From: Candidatus Omnitrophota bacterium
GTDB lineage: Bacteria > Omnitrophota > Gorgyraeia > Gygaellales > Profunditerraquicolaceae
Direction: 5' to 3'
DNA: 64,000 bases
NCBI GenBank assembly: GCA_041662125.1
Contig: JBAZTA010000004.1
Span: forward strand, 343-64,342
Part shown: positions 1 to 7,806 of the stretch, one piece after another
How positions within the stretch are numbered: position 1 is the first letter of the stretch
How the letters are laid out: each line of letters starts with the position of its first letter
Notes under the pieces: model-generated
Databases searched by the model: none
The model's input: only the letters and a program-made list of their open reading frames with translations
Told to the model about the DNA's origin: nothing
Position numbers and translations under genes: made by a program

Positions 1-484
1 GTGTCGCCCCAGGAGAGGCGGTCCCATCCAACTGGGTTTCCATCTTTTGCTCAGCAGCTAAAGGTACCGTGCTGATCACGACTACGCGAGTATTAGGCTG
101 AGGAGCACCGGCAGTGTCATCCCAAGCATAAGTACCGACGAGTGCGTTTTCATCAGCAGCGGCATAATAACTATAGTTACCACTCCATCTGGCTAACGGC
201 GGCCATTTTTCAATATATGGGCCATCCCAACCGGCAATTCCGGCAACTGCGGCAGCAACACCAACAGGAGCAGTTCCAGCGGCAGCAGACGAAGGCGGCC
301 AAACACCGCAATCAGAGTAATAAGACATAACTGCCGTCTTGATCGACCTACAATCTTCAATAGTGCTGGCAACCTTTGATTTCTCAATCGCCTTGAAGGC
401 GTTCGGCGCGATGATCGCGGCTAAAATAGCGATAATAGCGATAACAACAATTAACTCGATTAATGTAAAACCTTTGTTTTTCAT
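1..484 (-). CDS. pilA: Type IV (major) pilin, class III signal peptide; 3' end runs off the window start
   Basis: Minus-strand translation from ATG at 484: MKNKG|FTLIELIVVIAIIAILAAIIAPNAF..., a canonical short prepilin leader ending in G, then F and E at +5. Continues without a stop to position 1 (..DCGVWPP..). Not in the ORF track because it is partial. G-rich RBS (GGGGGG) 5-10 nt upstream of the ATG. Confidence 0.8.
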   Translation of the reverse strand, partial: MKNKGFTLIELIVVIAIIAILAAIIAPNAFKAIEKSKVASTIEDCRSIKTAVMSYYSDCGVWPPSSAAAGTAPVGVAAAVAGIAGWDGPYIEKWPPLARWSGNYSYYAAADENALVGTYAWDDTAGAPQPNTRVVVISTVPLAAEQKMETQLDGTASPGAT

Positions 485-638
485 ATTCCCCCCCCTCACT
501 ACTCTTTATATTATGATAATTTTATGTAAAAACCTTCCCTCTCACCTCCTTCCACCAAATTAGGAATAAAGCCCTACATAAAAAAGTGTAGCATATACCC
601 CTGGGAAATTCAATCCTTTTAGTCAAACCTCAATTCTT

Positions 639-2372
639 TTAGCCTGATTCCAAGGTAACCCGAAAAACTTCTTCGGTTGTTGTAACACCCAGTATCAATT
701 TATCTAACGCAGCTTTACGCAAGGTCGTTAAACCTTCTTTTACGGCAACCTCGCGGATAACTTCAGCTGAAGAACGCGTCAGGACCATTTGTTGAATTCC
801 TGGCGACATCTTTAAAAGCTCATAAATACCGATCCTCCCCTTATACCCTGTTTTATTGCATATCTGGCAGCCGCGGCCGCGGCTGAATTTAATATCCTTG
901 CCTATTTTTTCTTCTAACCCTAAGCTTTTAAGCAATTCAGGCGCCGGAGCGTAATATTCTTTACACTTTTCACAAACCCGCCTGACTAAACGCTGAGCCA
1001 GGATACCCAATAACGATGAAGAGACTAAAAACGGCTCAACGCCCATATCAATTAAACGCGTAAAAGAAGATGCAGAATCATTCGTATGCAGCGTCGAGAA
1101 AACAAGATGGCCGGTAAGCGCGGCCTGTACCGCGATCTCAGCGGTTTCCTTATCTCTAATTTCTCCGACCATAACAATATCAGGGTCCTGGCGCAAAAAA
1201 GAACGCAAGGCGCTCGCAAACGTCAAACCCGCAATAGGATTGACCTGAACCTGGCGCATTCCCTGAAACTGATACTCAACCGGATCCTCAACAGTCATAA
1301 TATTGACATCTTCTTTATTAAGCATCTGCATACTGGAATATAGTGTCGTAGTCTTACCGCTGCCGGTAGGGCCGGTAACCAGGACAATGCCATAGGGAGA
1401 ACTAAGGATTTCTTTAAATAAAGACATTTCCCGGGAAGGAAACCCCAGCGATTCCAACCCTAAGACCAGCCCTGTTTTATCCAAGATCCTCAAAACCACA
1501 TTTTCTCCATGAACCGTAGGGCATGTGGAGACGCGAAAATCAATATTCTTGCTGCCGATCTTCATCATAATACGGCCGTCTTGCGGCAGGCGCTTCTCAG
1601 CAATATCCAGGTTTGACATGATCTTAAACCGGGATATGATCGCGCCGGCCAAATCACGCGGAAGAGACGGCTGATGACGCAGGATCCCATCAATACGGTA
1701 ACGAACATTTAAAAGCTTATCTTCCGGTTCGATATGAATATCCGAAGCTTTCATCTGCACTGCCTGCACAATAAGATGGTTGACTATTTTTATGATCGGA
1801 GCCTCTTCTCCAAGTTTCTCTCCGTCAACAAGTTTGTCTTTATCGATTGAAGCAATGATCTGCTGTAAATTAAACGCTGAACCCCCGTAATATTGGTCCT
1901 GGGCTTTACGAATATCTAATTCTTCGGCTAAAACCGGTTCCACATTAAGCTTGGTTATACGCTGCAGTTCATCGATAACGAAAACATTCTTAGGGTCCTG
2001 CATCGCGACAGTAAGCGTATTCTCAACTATGAAAACAGGGATCAATTTATACTTTCTGGAAAATTCCTCGGGGATAATCTTGATAACATCAGGTTCAATG
2101 ATATAGCCGGCAAGATTGAATTTAGCGATACCGGATTGGGAGGCTAGCGCCCGCTCTAATTCCTCCTGGCTGACCAATCCATTTTTAAGCAAGATCTCCC
2201 CTATCTTCTCAGTAGAAAACTTCTGCTGATCGAGAGCTTCTTTTAACTGAACCGGCGTGATCAAACCGCGTTCAATCAGTATTTCACCTAATTGTTTATG
2301 AAAACCTTCTGCCATAGTATGTATGTAATTTTCACCACAGGACTTGACGCAGGCGAGCATCCATCTCTTCAA
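639..2372 (-). CDS. PilB/GspE/MshE-family traffic ATPase with N-terminal MshEN (T2SSE_N) domains
   Basis: Walker A GPTGSGKTTTLYS, Asp/His boxes and a C-terminal tetracysteine (CEKC...CQIC). The N-terminus QLGEILIERGLITPVQLKEALDQQ plus the tandem KIGEILLKNGLVSQEELERALASQ match the 24-aa MshEN c-di-GMP-binding motif RLGxxLVxxGxITxxQLxxALxxQ. The true start is probably the internal Met at 2315 (MAEGFHK), which removes the 41-nt overlap with the upstream gene. Confidence 0.9.
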   Translation of the reverse strand: MKRWMLACVKSCGENYIHTMAEGFHKQLGEILIERGLITPVQLKEALDQQKFSTEKIGEILLKNGLVSQEELERALASQSGIAKFNLAGYIIEPDVIKIIPEEFSRKYKLIPVFIVENTLTVAMQDPKNVFVIDELQRITKLNVEPVLAEELDIRKAQDQYYGGSAFNLQQIIASIDKDKLVDGEKLGEEAPIIKIVNHLIVQAVQMKASDIHIEPEDKLLNVRYRIDGILRHQPSLPRDLAGAIISRFKIMSNLDIAEKRLPQDGRIMMKIGSKNIDFRVSTCPTVHGENVVLRILDKTGLVLGLESLGFPSREMSLFKEILSSPYGIVLVTGPTGSGKTTTLYSSMQMLNKEDVNIMTVEDPVEYQFQGMRQVQVNPIAGLTFASALRSFLRQDPDIVMVGEIRDKETAEIAVQAALTGHLVFSTLHTNDSASSFTRLIDMGVEPFLVSSSLLGILAQRLVRRVCEKCKEYYAPAPELLKSLGLEEKIGKDIKFSRGRGCQICNKTGYKGRIGIYELLKMSPGIQQMVLTRSSAEVIREVAVKEGLTTLRKAALDKLILGVTTTEEVFRVTLESG

Positions 2373-5300
2373 GCTTATTTAACCAGCTTTTCACCGCTTT
2401 CTCTTTCTTCCCCTGGGCTGATTCCGAATATATATTTTCCTCATTACCAGATTGCCGTATCTGGTTTGTTTTCCGTTTAGACATTTGATACTCTAACTGC
2501 TCTTTATCGCGTAGCGCTTCTTTACGCCTTTCTACTGCTGATTGCTGCTGGTCAATCTTGGCTTTTGCCGCCGATTCCCGCTTATCGAGTAATGGCTGCT
2601 GACCTTGAGATCGTATAAAACGTTTTTGCTGCTTTAACTCTGCCTGAAGCAGCTGTTCTTCTTTAACCCGCTGGCGCTTTTCTTCTTTAGCCGCCTCCAA
2701 CTCTTGAACGCGTTCCAACTTCTCTTTTTTCGCTGTTATCCGTTGTTCATGAATTTGTTTTTGTTGCTGGATTTTCTGCTCTACGAGCTGGAGTTTAGCT
2801 TCCTCAGCCTGTTTCAAGCGTTCTTGTTTTTGCTGCAGGGCCTCCTGATGCTGCGCAAGGCGCTGTTTTGCCAATTCCTGATCCTGCGAAGCCATTTGGC
2901 GCTTTTGCTCTTCAAGCTGATGTATACGCTCCTGTTCCTGCTTCTCTGCTGCCAGGCGCTTCTCTTCTTCTTCCTTGGCCAGCTGTTCCAGGCGCTTTTT
3001 TTCTTCTTCCTGAGCAAAAATACGGGCCGCCGAAACAGCCTGTTTTTGCTCTAACAGTTCTTTTTGTTTCTCCGCGATTTTCAGTTTCTTGGCTTCAGCT
3101 AACTTTGCCTGTTCTGCTGCTGCCTGCTTCTCCGCTGCCAGCTGCTTCTCTTCCGCTTCCTTAGCCAACCGTTCTTGGCGAACATTCTCGTCTTTAAGCT
3201 TCTTCAAACGCTCCTGCTTCTGGGCCTCTAAAACCAACCGGTTTGCTTTTTTAATCCCTGCCTGCTCTTCTGCTATCTGTTTCTGCTTTTCCTGGGCTGC
3301 TTTTTCCGCTGCCAACTGCTTCTCTTCCGCTTCCTTAGCCAACCGTTCTTGGCGAACATTCTCGTCTTTAAGCTTCTTCAAACGCTCCTGCTTCTGGGCC
3401 TCTAAAACCAACCGGTTTGCTTTTTTAACCCCTGCCTGCTCTTCTGCTGTCTGTTTCTGTTTTTCTTGTTCCTGCTTCTCTGCTGCCAGACGTTTCTCTT
3501 CCTCTTCCTTAGCCAGCTGTTCTTGGCGTTTTCTTTCTTCTTCAAGCTGTTTAAAACGTTCCTGCTTATTGATTTCCGCTGCCAACCTCTTTGCTGCTTT
3601 AAGGCTTGCCTGTTCCGCTGCTATTTGCTTCTGTTTTTCCTGTTCCTGCTTCTCCGCTGCCAAGCGTTTTTCTTCTTCTTCCTTGGCCAACTGTTCCGTT
3701 GATTTTTTTTCTCCGTCAGGCTTATGCAAAGTTTCCTGTTTCTTTTCCTCTATTGCCTTATTCCCGATCTGCCCTTTATCTCCTTTAGCCTTCTTTTGCA
3801 ATCTCTGTTTACGCAATTCTTCCTTTTGTATCCGCGCTTCTTCTAAAGAAACCTCTTTTCTTTTCGCAAGCCAGGCAGAAACATCTTCTTGCGACTGTTC
3901 TCCTCCCGCAGCCTGCGGAGATTTTTGCAGCTTTATCAAGGCCTGTTCCTGGGCCGCTACCCCTTCCGGCTTAAGCGCTTCCTGAGGCTTTAAAACCTCA
4001 ACCGATTGTTGCAGAGGGGCTATTGACTCTGCTTTTTTTTTAGCCTCCAGGGCTATTTGTTTTATCTGATCCGCTTGCTCTTGTCGGCGCTTCTTGTCTT
4101 GCGCAGCCTGTTTTAAACGCGCCTCTTTTTTCTCTTGAGCTTCCCGCTGCTTTATTTCTTTCTGTTTTCCTAATTGAATCTTCTGTATTTCAAGGGCCTG
4201 CTTTTGCTCTTCGATCTGAGCGAGGTAATTTTGTTCCTGCTCAGTTAATTGCTGAGTGCATTCTTTTTTTAATTTCTCCTCTTGCTTCTTTTTTTCTTGT
4301 TTTAATCTTTCCTGTTCCGCGGCTTTTTGCTTCTGTTTTTCTTCTTCAGCACGAACAAGTTCAGCCGCGCGCTGTTTTTCTTCCGCTTGCCGCTTTAACT
4401 CTTCCTGTTTTCTTTCTTCAGCGAGAAGCTTTCTTTCTTCCCTGATCTTTTCTTTTGCCGCTTCCAATTCTTGCAGCCGTTCCTGTTTTTCTTTCGCGGC
4501 TTCAAGCCGTTCCTCTGCCTTCTGCTTGGCGAGTTCTTCTTTATTTTTCTTTGTTTCTTCAAGCTTCTTAAGGAGCGCCTGTTTTCTTTGTTCTTCTGAT
4601 ACCTGTTTCTCTGCTGCCAGGCGTTTTTCTTCCTCTTGCTGAGCCAAATCTTCCTGCCGCTTCTGCTCCTGCGCAAGCTGCTTTATGCGCGCTTCTTTTT
4701 GTTGCTGGGCGAGTTTCCTTTTATCTTCTTTGAGCTTTTCCTGTTCACTTAAACGCTGTTTCCGCGCGTCTTCTTTTTGTTTCTTGCTGAGCTGCTTCTG
4801 GCGTTCCTCTTCCTGCCGTACGGCCTCTAACTGTTGCCGCTGCTGCAGCTGCTCTAATGCAAGTTTTTGCGTGATCAATTCCTGTTTCTTAGCCTCGATT
4901 TCCGCAAGGCGAGCCTGAGCCATACGCTCACGCTCCAGATTCTCTTCATTCAAACTTTTTTGTTCTTTTTGTTTTGCCAGGTCTTCTTGGCGCCTGCGTT
5001 CCTCATCTTGGGCAAAGAAGCGGGCCTGCGTGGCGATTCTTTTTTCTTCCTCCAAAGCAATCTGCCGCTGTATCTGGTCCTCTTCCTTAATATACTGATC
5101 TATCCTGTTTACCAAAGCGTTGATTCTGCCGTCCTCACCCAGATATTCTGTCTGCATGCCCGGGACGGTTTTCTGTACTGCCGAAGTTTCCTCAATTTTC
5201 TTATCCGTTCTGCACCCGGCCATGGAAGGAGCCGGCAGGGAATCAACTATTTTACTCTTATCTACCTGTATACCTGCCGGTGACTGCTCTTTTAAGAAAT

Positions 5301-5529
5301 CTTGGATCGCCTGCTTGCGCCTCAAAACCTCTGCTTTTTTCTTACGCAGCGCCTTGATATATTCCTCTTCTGCTTTGACCTTCTGCCGCACATCTTTCAG
5401 GCGCATTTCTTTTTCAACCGCGTTATTATCTTGAGCATAAGAGGCAGCGCTTCCCCAAAACATACATCCCATTACCCATACACCCGCGATCATAAAGAAT
5501 AATTTTTTCATCAGATAACCCCTAAGCAT
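2332..5529 (-). CDS. Giant (1065 aa) secreted E/K/Q-rich coiled-coil or single-alpha-helix protein with internal tandem repeats
   Basis: N-terminal signal peptide MKKLFFMIAGVWVMGCMFWGSAASYAQ. More than 800 aa of charged low-complexity helix (EEEKRLAAEKQEQEKQKQ...). Exact 58-aa (174-bp) tandem repeats are visible in the DNA at about 3131-3650. Its start codon abuts the stop of the upstream secretin gene (5529/5530). Confidence 0.8.
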   Translation of the reverse strand: MLRGYLMKKLFFMIAGVWVMGCMFWGSAASYAQDNNAVEKEMRLKDVRQKVKAEEEYIKALRKKKAEVLRRKQAIQDFLKEQSPAGIQVDKSKIVDSLPAPSMAGCRTDKKIEETSAVQKTVPGMQTEYLGEDGRINALVNRIDQYIKEEDQIQRQIALEEEKRIATQARFFAQDEERRRQEDLAKQKEQKSLNEENLERERMAQARLAEIEAKKQELITQKLALEQLQQRQQLEAVRQEEERQKQLSKKQKEDARKQRLSEQEKLKEDKRKLAQQQKEARIKQLAQEQKRQEDLAQQEEEKRLAAEKQVSEEQRKQALLKKLEETKKNKEELAKQKAEERLEAAKEKQERLQELEAAKEKIREERKLLAEERKQEELKRQAEEKQRAAELVRAEEEKQKQKAAEQERLKQEKKKQEEKLKKECTQQLTEQEQNYLAQIEEQKQALEIQKIQLGKQKEIKQREAQEKKEARLKQAAQDKKRRQEQADQIKQIALEAKKKAESIAPLQQSVEVLKPQEALKPEGVAAQEQALIKLQKSPQAAGGEQSQEDVSAWLAKRKEVSLEEARIQKEELRKQRLQKKAKGDKGQIGNKAIEEKKQETLHKPDGEKKSTEQLAKEEEEKRLAAEKQEQEKQKQIAAEQASLKAAKRLAAEINKQERFKQLEEERKRQEQLAKEEEEKRLAAEKQEQEKQKQTAEEQAGVKKANRLVLEAQKQERLKKLKDENVRQERLAKEAEEKQLAAEKAAQEKQKQIAEEQAGIKKANRLVLEAQKQERLKKLKDENVRQERLAKEAEEKQLAAEKQAAAEQAKLAEAKKLKIAEKQKELLEQKQAVSAARIFAQEEEKKRLEQLAKEEEEKRLAAEKQEQERIHQLEEQKRQMASQDQELAKQRLAQHQEALQQKQERLKQAEEAKLQLVEQKIQQQKQIHEQRITAKKEKLERVQELEAAKEEKRQRVKEEQLLQAELKQQKRFIRSQGQQPLLDKRESAAKAKIDQQQSAVERRKEALRDKEQLEYQMSKRKTNQIRQSGNEENIYSESAQGKKEKAVKSWLNKLEEMDARLRQVLW
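3131..3650 (-). repeat. Coding tandem repeat, period 174 bp: two near-identical copies plus a diverged third
   Basis: 3131-3294 and 3305-3469 are nearly base-identical (differences e.g. taatccc/taacccc and gctatctg/gctgtctg). A third, more diverged unit follows. On the minus strand this encodes LVLEAQKQERLKKLKDENVRQERLAKEAEEKQLAAEK..QEKQKQIAEEQAGIKKANR. Confidence 0.85.
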
Positions 5530-6798
5530 CTATTGCTTCATTTTTTCTACAACTACTTTTTCCACTTCCTCTAAAACCCTGAGGTCCTGTTCTTGCCTGC
5601 GCAGATCCTGCTCCAATGCTTCTCTTTCTGAAAGCAGGGAAGAATGTTTTTTATTGAGCATCTCGACCTTAGTCGCGGTTTCTTTTTGTTTTTTCTTTTC
5701 CTGAGCCTCTGCCACTAACACATCCTTTTCCTGTTTCTGTTTTTCCTGAAAATAATGCTTTCCCAGGCCGTACCTCTCCTGCTGCCCCATTTTTACAAAC
5801 TCATTCGGCGTGATTATCGTAGGAGAGACAAAGATCATTAATTCTGTCTTATCAAACGTGTCTTTCTTGCTTTTAAACAAATACCCAAAGCCGGGGATAT
5901 CTCCTAAAAAAGGTATCTTCGTTTCTCCCTTGATGACTTTATCTTTGATCAATCCGCCGATGATCAATGTCTGCCCGTTACCAACAATGACCTTCGTCGT
6001 TGCTTCACGCCGGTCAATAATGGGAACATTATATGACACCCCGGAAGCAGTCAGCGGCAACTCTCCGGTCTTTTCGCTTATCTGTGGATACAATTCCATA
6101 GCTATGTTGCCAGCTTCATTGATGGTCGGAGTTACCTTCAGGCTTATACCAACTTGTTCAAAATGTACTACCCAGGTCACCGTGGTGACGCCATCAGTGG
6201 TTGTCGCCTGCGGCTCGGCCCAAGGGACACTTTGAATGATCTTTAATTCCGCTTCACGGTTATTCACCGTTGTTATCCGCGGCGCAGAAAGGATGCTCGT
6301 ATCCACCGCGTTAGCTAACGTTTGCAATACCACATTGATATTATCATCAAATATGGCAAAAGTAAACGGCGTTTCCGAAACTCCTGATGACGACACCGGA
6401 GGGTATAAAGTATTTTTGTAGGAAAGGCTTTGAGTTATCGGCCCTGGTAACGCTCCCAAGGTACTTGCTGAGCCGGACTTTAAAGTGCCGATAGGCAGAT
6501 ATCCTTTATCCGCGAATAACCGCCAATTCACGCCTAAAGAGTGTTCTTTCTGTAATTTTGCTTCAATGACCCGGGCTTCGATCAAAACCTGCTGAGGAAC
6601 AGTATCCACCATTGCCAGGTAATCTTCAACCCGCTGGACGTTATCAGGATAATCGATCACAACAATAGAATTCGGCTCATTGCCATAGAGAACCTTTCCC
6701 TCCGTAGATAACAACGATCTAATGTTATCACTGACTTGTTGAGCATAAACTACGGAAAAGCAAAAAAGAAAAAATAAAACGTATCCTAACTTTTTCAT
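5530..6798 (-). CDS. Secretin core protein (one N-domain plus secretin C-domain) lacking an N0 domain; C-terminal EK-rich coiled-coil tail
   Basis: Signal peptide MKKLGYVLFFLFCFSVVYAQ. N-domain motif NSIVVIDYPDNVQRVEDYLAMVDTVPQQVLIEARVIEAKL. Secretin signature IPFLGDIPGFGYLFKSKKDTFDKTELMIFVSPTII. About 90 aa of charged C-terminal extension. Confidence 0.8.
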   Translation of the reverse strand: MKKLGYVLFFLFCFSVVYAQQVSDNIRSLLSTEGKVLYGNEPNSIVVIDYPDNVQRVEDYLAMVDTVPQQVLIEARVIEAKLQKEHSLGVNWRLFADKGYLPIGTLKSGSASTLGALPGPITQSLSYKNTLYPPVSSSGVSETPFTFAIFDDNINVVLQTLANAVDTSILSAPRITTVNNREAELKIIQSVPWAEPQATTTDGVTTVTWVVHFEQVGISLKVTPTINEAGNIAMELYPQISEKTGELPLTASGVSYNVPIIDRREATTKVIVGNGQTLIIGGLIKDKVIKGETKIPFLGDIPGFGYLFKSKKDTFDKTELMIFVSPTIITPNEFVKMGQQERYGLGKHYFQEKQKQEKDVLVAEAQEKKKQKETATKVEMLNKKHSSLLSEREALEQDLRRQEQDLRVLEEVEKVVVEKMKQ

Positions 6799-6852
6799 GT
6801 ATTCTCCTTCTCACTGATAGCCACTTCTATCCATACTACAGCAGGCATACTG

Positions 6853-7806
6853 CTAATTCGTAGTAGTTGCCGATGACGAGGAAGACGCACTGCCGGATGA
6901 GGAAGTAGTTCCCGTCGAGGTACTGCTCCCTGCCGTAGTAACAACGCCTACTATATCAGAAGCTTTTAAATACTTCATCTTAAAAATTTTACTTGTCATA
7001 CGCTGATCGATCTGTTTTAAATAATCTTCGATTTGCGCGGCATTCGGAGGATAATCAATAATAATAATTGAATTCGGGAGCTGCCCTAAAAGGATCTTTC
7101 CTTTCTCAGAAATAAGGTCATAGATCGTGCTTTCTTCCTTTTTTGCCTCAGCCGGCAGAGCCGCGTTACCCGCAGGAGATGCTACCGTCTTTGATTGGGC
7201 GCCTTGCGCTGCTTTCGCAGCTTCAAGCAGCTTCTTAGCTTGAATATATTTTAAAACAACCATCTTGGTAACCAGATGAGGACTGACCCGGATAATCGAA
7301 CCTTTTTTCTCTACCACCAGATTACTGATCTCAGCAATTCCTTCAAGAGCCTCTTCTAATGAAATGTTCGTAAAACTGGCGGTGATTTTCCCCTTGATAT
7401 CTTTATCAACCAAAATATTCAAATTATAATCATGCGCAATAACGCGGAACAAGTCAGACAACTCCACATTCCTTAACTCAATCGAATATGACGGCTGCTC
7501 ACTTTCTAAACGCTTGATCTCTAATACCGGCGCAGGCGCAGTTAATTCTTTTTTTACAACGTCTTTCTTTCCCGCATCCTTAACATCGGCTTCTGCTTTT
7601 TCGTCAGCCGGCTCTTCATCCTTACTATCGTCAACGCCGGAATCTTTTTGCCCAACGCTGGGCACCGAAGGCTTCGGTTGAGCCGGTTTTTCGGAATCCT
7701 CATTTTCCATTTCTGTCTGCGGCCGGGCAAACAATGGATCTTGGTAATTATAAAGCATAAAAAAGAAACCGATTAATCCGATAAACGCTATTTTCTTTAG
7801 TGTCAT
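6853..7806 (-). CDS. Secretin N0-N1 domain protein (N-terminal half of a split secretin) with acidic linker and Ser/Thr-rich C-terminal tail
   Basis: Signal/TM MTLKKIAFIGLIGFFFMLYNY. Acidic low-complexity stretch. N0/STN-like block SIELRNVELSDLFRVIAHDYNLNILVDKDIKGKITASFTNISLEEALEGIAEISNLVVEKKGSIIRV. N1-like block LPNSIIIIDYPPNAAQIEDYLKQIDQR. Tail TTAGSSTSTGTTSSSGSASSSSSATTTN. Confidence 0.65.
   Translation of the reverse strand: MTLKKIAFIGLIGFFFMLYNYQDPLFARPQTEMENEDSEKPAQPKPSVPSVGQKDSGVDDSKDEEPADEKAEADVKDAGKKDVVKKELTAPAPVLEIKRLESEQPSYSIELRNVELSDLFRVIAHDYNLNILVDKDIKGKITASFTNISLEEALEGIAEISNLVVEKKGSIIRVSPHLVTKMVVLKYIQAKKLLEAAKAAQGAQSKTVASPAGNAALPAEAKKEESTIYDLISEKGKILLGQLPNSIIIIDYPPNAAQIEDYLKQIDQRMTSKIFKMKYLKASDIVGVVTTAGSSTSTGTTSSSGSASSSSSATTTN

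Noticed and set aside
560-640. Possible terminator between the ATPase gene and the pilin gene
   Set aside because: Only a weak 5-bp stem (CTACA...TGTAG) with no U-tract. The region more likely holds the pilin promoter than a terminator.
2332-2372. 41-nt overlap between the giant ER/K gene and the downstream ATPase gene
   Set aside because: Resolved by using the in-frame Met at 2315 (MAEGFHK) as the ATPase start. Not evidence of programmed frameshifting.
3131-3650. Possible CRISPR array (regular direct repeats)
   Set aside because: The repeats are 174 bp, contiguous with no unique spacers, in-frame, and encode repeated protein units. This is a coding tandem repeat, not a CRISPR.
2704-5502. 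Numerous plus-strand ORFs (e.g. 3089-3985, 4256-4642, 4867-5283) rich in Ser/Cys/Phe/Leu, antisense to the giant gene
   Set aside because: They are low-complexity antisense shadows of the repetitive E/K-coding minus-strand gene (GAA/AAG-rich sense gives TTC/CTT-rich antisense). They have no start context and are fully contained in a strongly supported CDS.
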